This document shows, one piece after another, positions 58,718-64,000 of a stretch of 64,000 bases of DNA (position 1 is its first letter; every line of letters starts with the position of its first letter). This DNA is from Eledone cirrhosa. Taxonomy: Eukaryota. The notes beneath the pieces are model-generated. The model was not told the origin of the DNA. It did no database searches and saw nothing but the letters and a program-made list of their open reading frames with translations. The DNA is taken from contig OZ024742.1 of assembly GCA_964016885.1 (NCBI GenBank), positions 271,374,001-271,438,000 on the forward strand, written 5' to 3'. The translations under genes were made by a program, and so were the position numbers.

Positions 58718-59060
58718 CTTACGCAAGTACTCAAGTATAGCTCTTTTTACAAAACGGTTTTTCTTTCCATTTCAGGTAGACGCGCTTCATCATCCACTTT
58801 TCTAAAAAATAAATTATACACAAAACGCCAGCACCAACAGCTTTGCAAGAGATGTCAACATGAATGGACGTGTTATTTTTTATCTAAAGACAGTTTTCCC
58901 AATTCCATCCCGCCCGTCCCCTCAATCGTATTTCTCATTCTTTCTTCTGATGAAGGACTAGCGTCCGAAACTTTAAGACCCTCTTCGTGCTATATCAAGC
59001 GTTAACCTAATATATCCCTCCATATACTGTACCAATTGTGTTGCTATTTCTGTCTACGTT
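57225..59060 (+). mobile_element. PLE, 5'-truncated (RT, GIY-YIG, pLTR)
   Basis: SGVAMEIRMGP; YIED; VAFLDISL; KQTDSQSYLDFTYCHP; YSQFLRLR; LYIGQTGRRMVDRFAEHL. Confidence 0.92.
58943..58978 (+). ncRNA. Minimal type I hammerhead ribozyme
   Basis: TCTT CTGATGA A GGAC-TAGC-GTCC GAAA CT TT AAGA. Confidence 0.78.
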
Positions 59061-59322
59061 GTATTTTTGACTAAAGAAATGTTAGCCTGATAACGGGGTT
59101 TAGAACCCTCAGATAAATGGAAAAAGATGAGTATTGACATACATGGGAGTCGAACCCACATCTTTGGTTATCCAGACCACTGTGGGTGTAATGGTAGCAC
59201 AGTTGTCTGGATAACCAAAGATGTGGGTTTGACTCCCATGTAAGTCAATGCTCAACTTTTTTCCATTTATCTGAGGGTTCTAAAACCCATTATCAGGCTA
59301 AAATTTATTTAGTAAAAAATAC
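59061..59322. repeat. ~260-bp palindrome containing a tRNA-derived sequence
   Basis: Arms 59061-59183 and 59198-59322; GGTGTAATGGTAGCAC (A box/D arm), GGTT(C/T)GACTCCC (B box), T6 run downstream. Confidence 0.85.
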
Positions 59323-59826
59323 GGTGAAAGCTATTCTATTTTCTAATTTTAAACCTGGTCACTGTTTCAAAACATACTTACTTATATATATATATATATA
59401 TATATATATTTAATAATAATAATATTTACACTTATATATGAGTTACATACAATTATAAATATGAAAGAGTAGTACTCAATACTACGTTATAACAATTTAA
59501 CGACATTTTTACCGTCAGACTTCGTGAAATAATTTTCACTAGACCTCACCCAGAAAGCATAGAGATTTATTCATTAATAGAAAATTTAAAGATGGGAATG
59601 CATTGTCTAATATCTTTCTTATACTTATATTAACATGTCCAGAAATACGGTTGAATTAATCTTTACTTAACACATACTTTTAAACTGTACATATCTCATA
59701 TACATTACAACTAGAATTAAAACATTCAATGTATCATACATTTACATTACACCCAGCATATACAATTCTACATGAACTTTAATATAAAAATTCTTCAATG
59801 ACAATTACCTACCTTATTTACTTGTA

Positions 59827-60105
59827 TTGCTGGCCTTGTGCCAAAGAGTAGAACAAATTATTTGCATGACGCATAGAGTTACGGTCCCTGTCATTCTGAG
59901 TTCAAATCCCGCCGAAGTTTACTTTGCCTTTCATCCTTACGGGGTCGATACAAATAAAGTACCAGCAATGCACTGGGTTATTGCTGGCCTTGTTCCAAAA
60001 GTAGAAAATTATTTGCATTCCATCCTTACGAGGTCGATAAAATAAAGTACCAGTAATGCACTGGGATATTTGCTGGCCTTGTGCGAAAAGTAGAAATAAT
60101 TATTT
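59827..60105 (+). mobile_element. Tandem partial SINE copies
   Basis: Three 3' ends GCTGGCCTTGT.CCAAAAGTAGAA. Confidence 0.85.
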
Positions 60106-60449
60106 GCATTCTGCATAACACAACATTTATTAATCTCATCATTACGTTTTTCTTTACGATAATGCATGCCATTTTTAACACTTTTAACATTCTTTAACAT
60201 TCTGTATGAAACATGCTTGATTTATTCATTTTCTAACTCTTACTTCATGCATACCTTTATTAATTTTTTGCATTATATACCCTTAATATTACATTTTTCA
60301 ATGCTATGATACCTTTTATCTATCTTATGTAACAACTTTTTGCTTTGTATCTTGTGCGCCTGTATTACCTTAAAGAATATCTTTATATATAATATGCTCA
60401 ATATTTTCACTCATCACCATTGCTCCTTATACTTTGATATCTGTATAAC

Positions 60450-60625
60450 ACAACATCTTTTTTGTCACTCCTGCTTTCCAATATGATGTCACTGACACTG
60501 TCAATAGTTACTTATCTTTATAAATGTTCTGAAGACTAGGATTATAATTACCTGTTTAAACATTGTGTATGCTCCGATGATTCCAGATATTTCTCCGGTA
60601 GAAATTAAATGTATTAAACTAAAAT
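60450..60625 (+). repeat. Solo pLTR copy of the 12895-13118 family with a truncated hammerhead
   Basis: TGCT CCGATGA TTCCAGA-TATTTC-TCCGGTA GAAA; stem III deleted. Confidence 0.72.
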
Positions 60626-60667
60626 TTGACTGTTTTATATTTTGTATATATATATATATATGTATGC

Positions 60668-60734
<67 letters not shown>

Positions 60735-61004
60735 TTAAATGGAAATAAAACATGGTACAATATATATATATATAACTGTACGTGCTTGCCTCCCCAGTCG
60801 TTCTATTTCTTCTTTAATTTCTATCTTCTTATGAAGGATTACAGTCCCAACATTTAATACTTTTTCCTACTATATCAAGTGTAAATCAAATAATATATGT
60901 ATTTAATGTACTCTGCCATTTGCTTTGTTATTTCGGTTTGACTCCTCGTTTTTGTATTCCTTTTGCACGATTAATCTGAAAAGATTTGTTGAAACATTTA
61001 TTTT

Positions 61005-63810
61005 TATAATTTGGGAGAGTCATGCTGCCAATGAATCACACGCACTTGTTAGGGTTCCCTTCTCTTTATCATAAACTCTCAGTCGGTTAGTGTAATAGTC
61101 TGATGGTCATCTACTTGTAAAATATCTTTCGTCACACATTCTGTGATCTCTATAGTCACTATCTTTATTGTTATTTTGTTTTATCCTAAACCATCATGTT
61201 TTTGGGGACTGTGTTCTTGGGCTTCGCTTGAATAATATCCGAATATGTGTGTGCGTCTGTGTTTGTGTGTGTATTTATTTATTTATTATTTATCTATTTT
61301 AATATATATGTGTATCTATTTATACGCTTATTTACTTGTCACTAGTTGGTTTCTTGTTATATTTGTCTGTGTATGGTTTGTTTTATTGGTTTAGTTCTTG
61401 TTTGTCTCTGTATGTCTTTATCGTGTCCTTGGTTACACGTTGTAAGGTTGTTGCTGTACCACTCATGTTTTCTTTTTTTTATTTTAGTTGCAGTTCGTTT
61501 ATGTTTGCTGCTTGTGTAATATGTGGGAGCATTGTGTCTATTCTCTGTGGTGTTGATTTTTATCTCGATGTACTATAATGTGCCACCCTGTTATATTTTG
61601 ACATGTTAGTAAAATATCGGTGAATTTTTCCCATCTTGGATTTCTCGCTAGTACTCTTCTACCATTTCCCCCATGCTACGGGCCACCTCTCCTATGTAAG
61701 TCGCGTTTCTATTCCTACACTGTCTCTCAATACATCTTATGCTATATACTACGTTCGTAATTTGATAGTTAATTTATGGACTTAATCTACGGACTATAAA
61801 TATTTTCTCAATGCAGGTGGAATTCTCAAAATTGTATGTTCTACTGATTGTGCCTTTCTAGTTATACCTGGAGTTTTACGATCTTAACATTTAATTTTAT
61901 TTCGTCTAGAGCCCTTTTCAATTTTTAAATTATTTCGCATCTGAGGGTTGCAATCAGGAACTTTACTCTCTAATGTTTATTGCTGCCATACCATGAATTG
62001 TTCTTTTTTTCTTAGTTCTCACTATCATATTCTAACATGTTCTGCTTTACATTTAGCAAGTCACATTTGCATCACTTTCTCCAATATTTATGCATTTGGC
62101 CCAAATCCTTTATACACCCTGACACTATCTCTATTATTATCCAACTGCATACGGTGGATAAAGTGTTTTGTGTCTCTCTAACCCTTTAGGATCGCTCATT
62201 CTTCATCACTCTTACTAAATCTGCAATGAGTCAGTTGATTTTCATGTTATTCGAAATGGCTAAGTTTCCGTTAATCAAGTACTGGGAGGCCATGTGTTTG
62301 GCATAATGCGAATGGAGGATAAGCTGTGTCTTGCTAAATGTTTCTAAACAGAGTTTCTTGTCTACTATAGGTAGTCGATGATTGGTTGAGTAATCTACGG
62401 TATTTTAATACTGTATTTTAATACTGTATTTTAATACTGTATTTTAATACTCTAGCAGATAGAGTTAACTAAGTGCTAAATGCTTTCCACCTGATCCTCT
62501 GAAATTTCTGACTGTTTTCATGAGGGCAATTGTTAACTACCATATTTATGTCATCTATCTAGCTGGAGTACATAGTCAGGGTTAAGAAATTCTCATCTAA
62601 GGGTCCCTAAAATGTGATCTCCTACCATACCATAATGAGGTTAGCTTCGTCACCAGCAATGCATATGTTTCGTCACCAGTCAATGGCATATGTTTTGCCA
62701 TTGAATTAAATATATGTTCCTTAAGGGTTAATATTATACTAGTACCCATCGCATCTGCTCCATCTTTCAGTGTATATCTTCTTGGCAATGGAGGTAATAT
62801 AAGGTGGCGTGTCTGATGCTGTGATTATGAGAGATAGGCTGCTCATGCCTTGTGTATCTAACAATACCTTATCCCGATTAAATCTAAGCAGGAATCCCTG
62901 CTCGAATGTGCCGATCTCATGGAGCGCTACTGCACTCTCGCTGATCATCTTCACGCATTTTCCAAAGCAAACTCCACATCAATGGATGCGTATAGGGAGA
63001 CCCCATCTATGCTAACTATTGTACAAAGTGTCATGTCCAAAGATAGCTTGCATTCGTTGATTATGTTGGAAATGACGTCTCTGTTGACACATATGTCTGG
63101 AGACATTTCATCTATGGGGTGTATGATCATGGAGAGAAAGTAGGAGAGCCTGTACTTTATGGCAATGTTTCCCACACCGCCTGCCCGTGACTATTTGTTT
63201 TGTGATCTTTGGGAAGTCGATTCAGTTTCGGTATCTCATTTTTCCATGACAGGAAATTGTTAGCTATACGGTTTTAGGCTGCATTATGCTAGATCTCAGA
63301 ACAGAATCAATGCTCCTACATTTAACAGATGCGTCAAACGTAAACGAAAATCAGACCAAAACTAAACAGATAACATTAGTGGAATAGCAACAACCTTACC
63401 ACTAGTAACCAAGGACACGATAAAGATAGAGACACATAAGAACTACAGTAATAGAATAAAACAGACACACAGATAGAACAAGTAACCAACTAATGATAAC
63501 TAAATACACGCATAAATAGATAGCAAATAAAATTATTGAAATACATAAGTAAATAAATAAAAAAACACATAAACACACATACAGATATAACGCATGATCT
63601 ATCATGTACACAGCTCACAAAACTAAGATGGTGTAGGACAGAACATAAAAGAGGCACAACAATTAGTCAATTAGGGGTTAATAGAATGTGTGACGAAAAA
63701 CCTTTGAAAATCAACAACTAGTCGACTGGGAGTTTATAATAAATTGAAGTGAAATCAAACAAGTGCATGCATCAAACAAGGCAGCATGATCGTCCCAAAA
63801 AATTACGATA
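61005..63810 (-). mobile_element. Old degraded PLE flanked by ~500-bp diverged inverted repeats
   Basis: VSIDGVSLYASID; GADAMGT; NIGES; ~61005-61520 is the inverse of ~63320-63810. Confidence 0.7.
62400..62452. repeat. 13-bp tandem repeat x4
   Basis: (GTATTTTAATACT)4. Confidence 0.95.
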
Positions 63811-64000
63811 TAACGATATATATTAAATATATATAGAGAGAGTAAAAATAACGGAGCAAAGGACTCGCGTATGATCCTGTAATTAAATGAGCTCAAAGGA
63901 AATAGTTTTCCTGGGCGCTTTAAAATACAATATATAGAGGGGAAAGACACAGGAGAGTGTGTTTTTCATTAGAGGAATTTCGAACCACCAGCGTGAGAAG

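Noticed and set aside
59183-59248. Functional tRNA gene
   Set aside because: Acceptor and anticodon stems do not pair convincingly, and the sequence is embedded in a palindrome
60815-60862. Hammerhead in a decayed copy of the 58.9-kb pLTR
   Set aside because: Both core strands are mutated (CTTATGA, CAAC)

Overview
AT-rich animal genomic DNA made almost entirely of decayed transposable elements and microsatellites. The SINE resembles the abundant octopod SINE, but the organism is only inferred. No host protein-coding gene is supportable; the many YIYIYI/CVCV/HTHT ORFs are microsatellite translations. Content: about ten Penelope-like element (PLE; RT + GIY-YIG) copies or fragments, several 5'-truncated with an inverted pseudo-LTR. 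Five Tx1/L1-type LINE copies, four R4/Dong-type LINE pieces, RTE and CRE relics, a short bipartite RTE derivative, about ten tRNA-SINE copies, Helitron ends and several foldbacks. Two signals stand out. (1) A dense set of type I hammerhead ribozyme motifs: seven with a canonical CUGANGA/GAAA core, plus family-fixed variants (U4C, candidate U3-A8 covariation, CAGUUGA, CAGAAGA) and enlarged stem II domains. (2) In three diverged Tx1-like LINEs, ORF1 ends at a G|GTAAGT-like donor followed by a pyrimidine tract and a position 5 nt before the ORF2 ATG. This suggests a micro-intron that could fuse ORF1 to ORF2 in frame. Coordinates were read by eye, and element boundaries are approximate.
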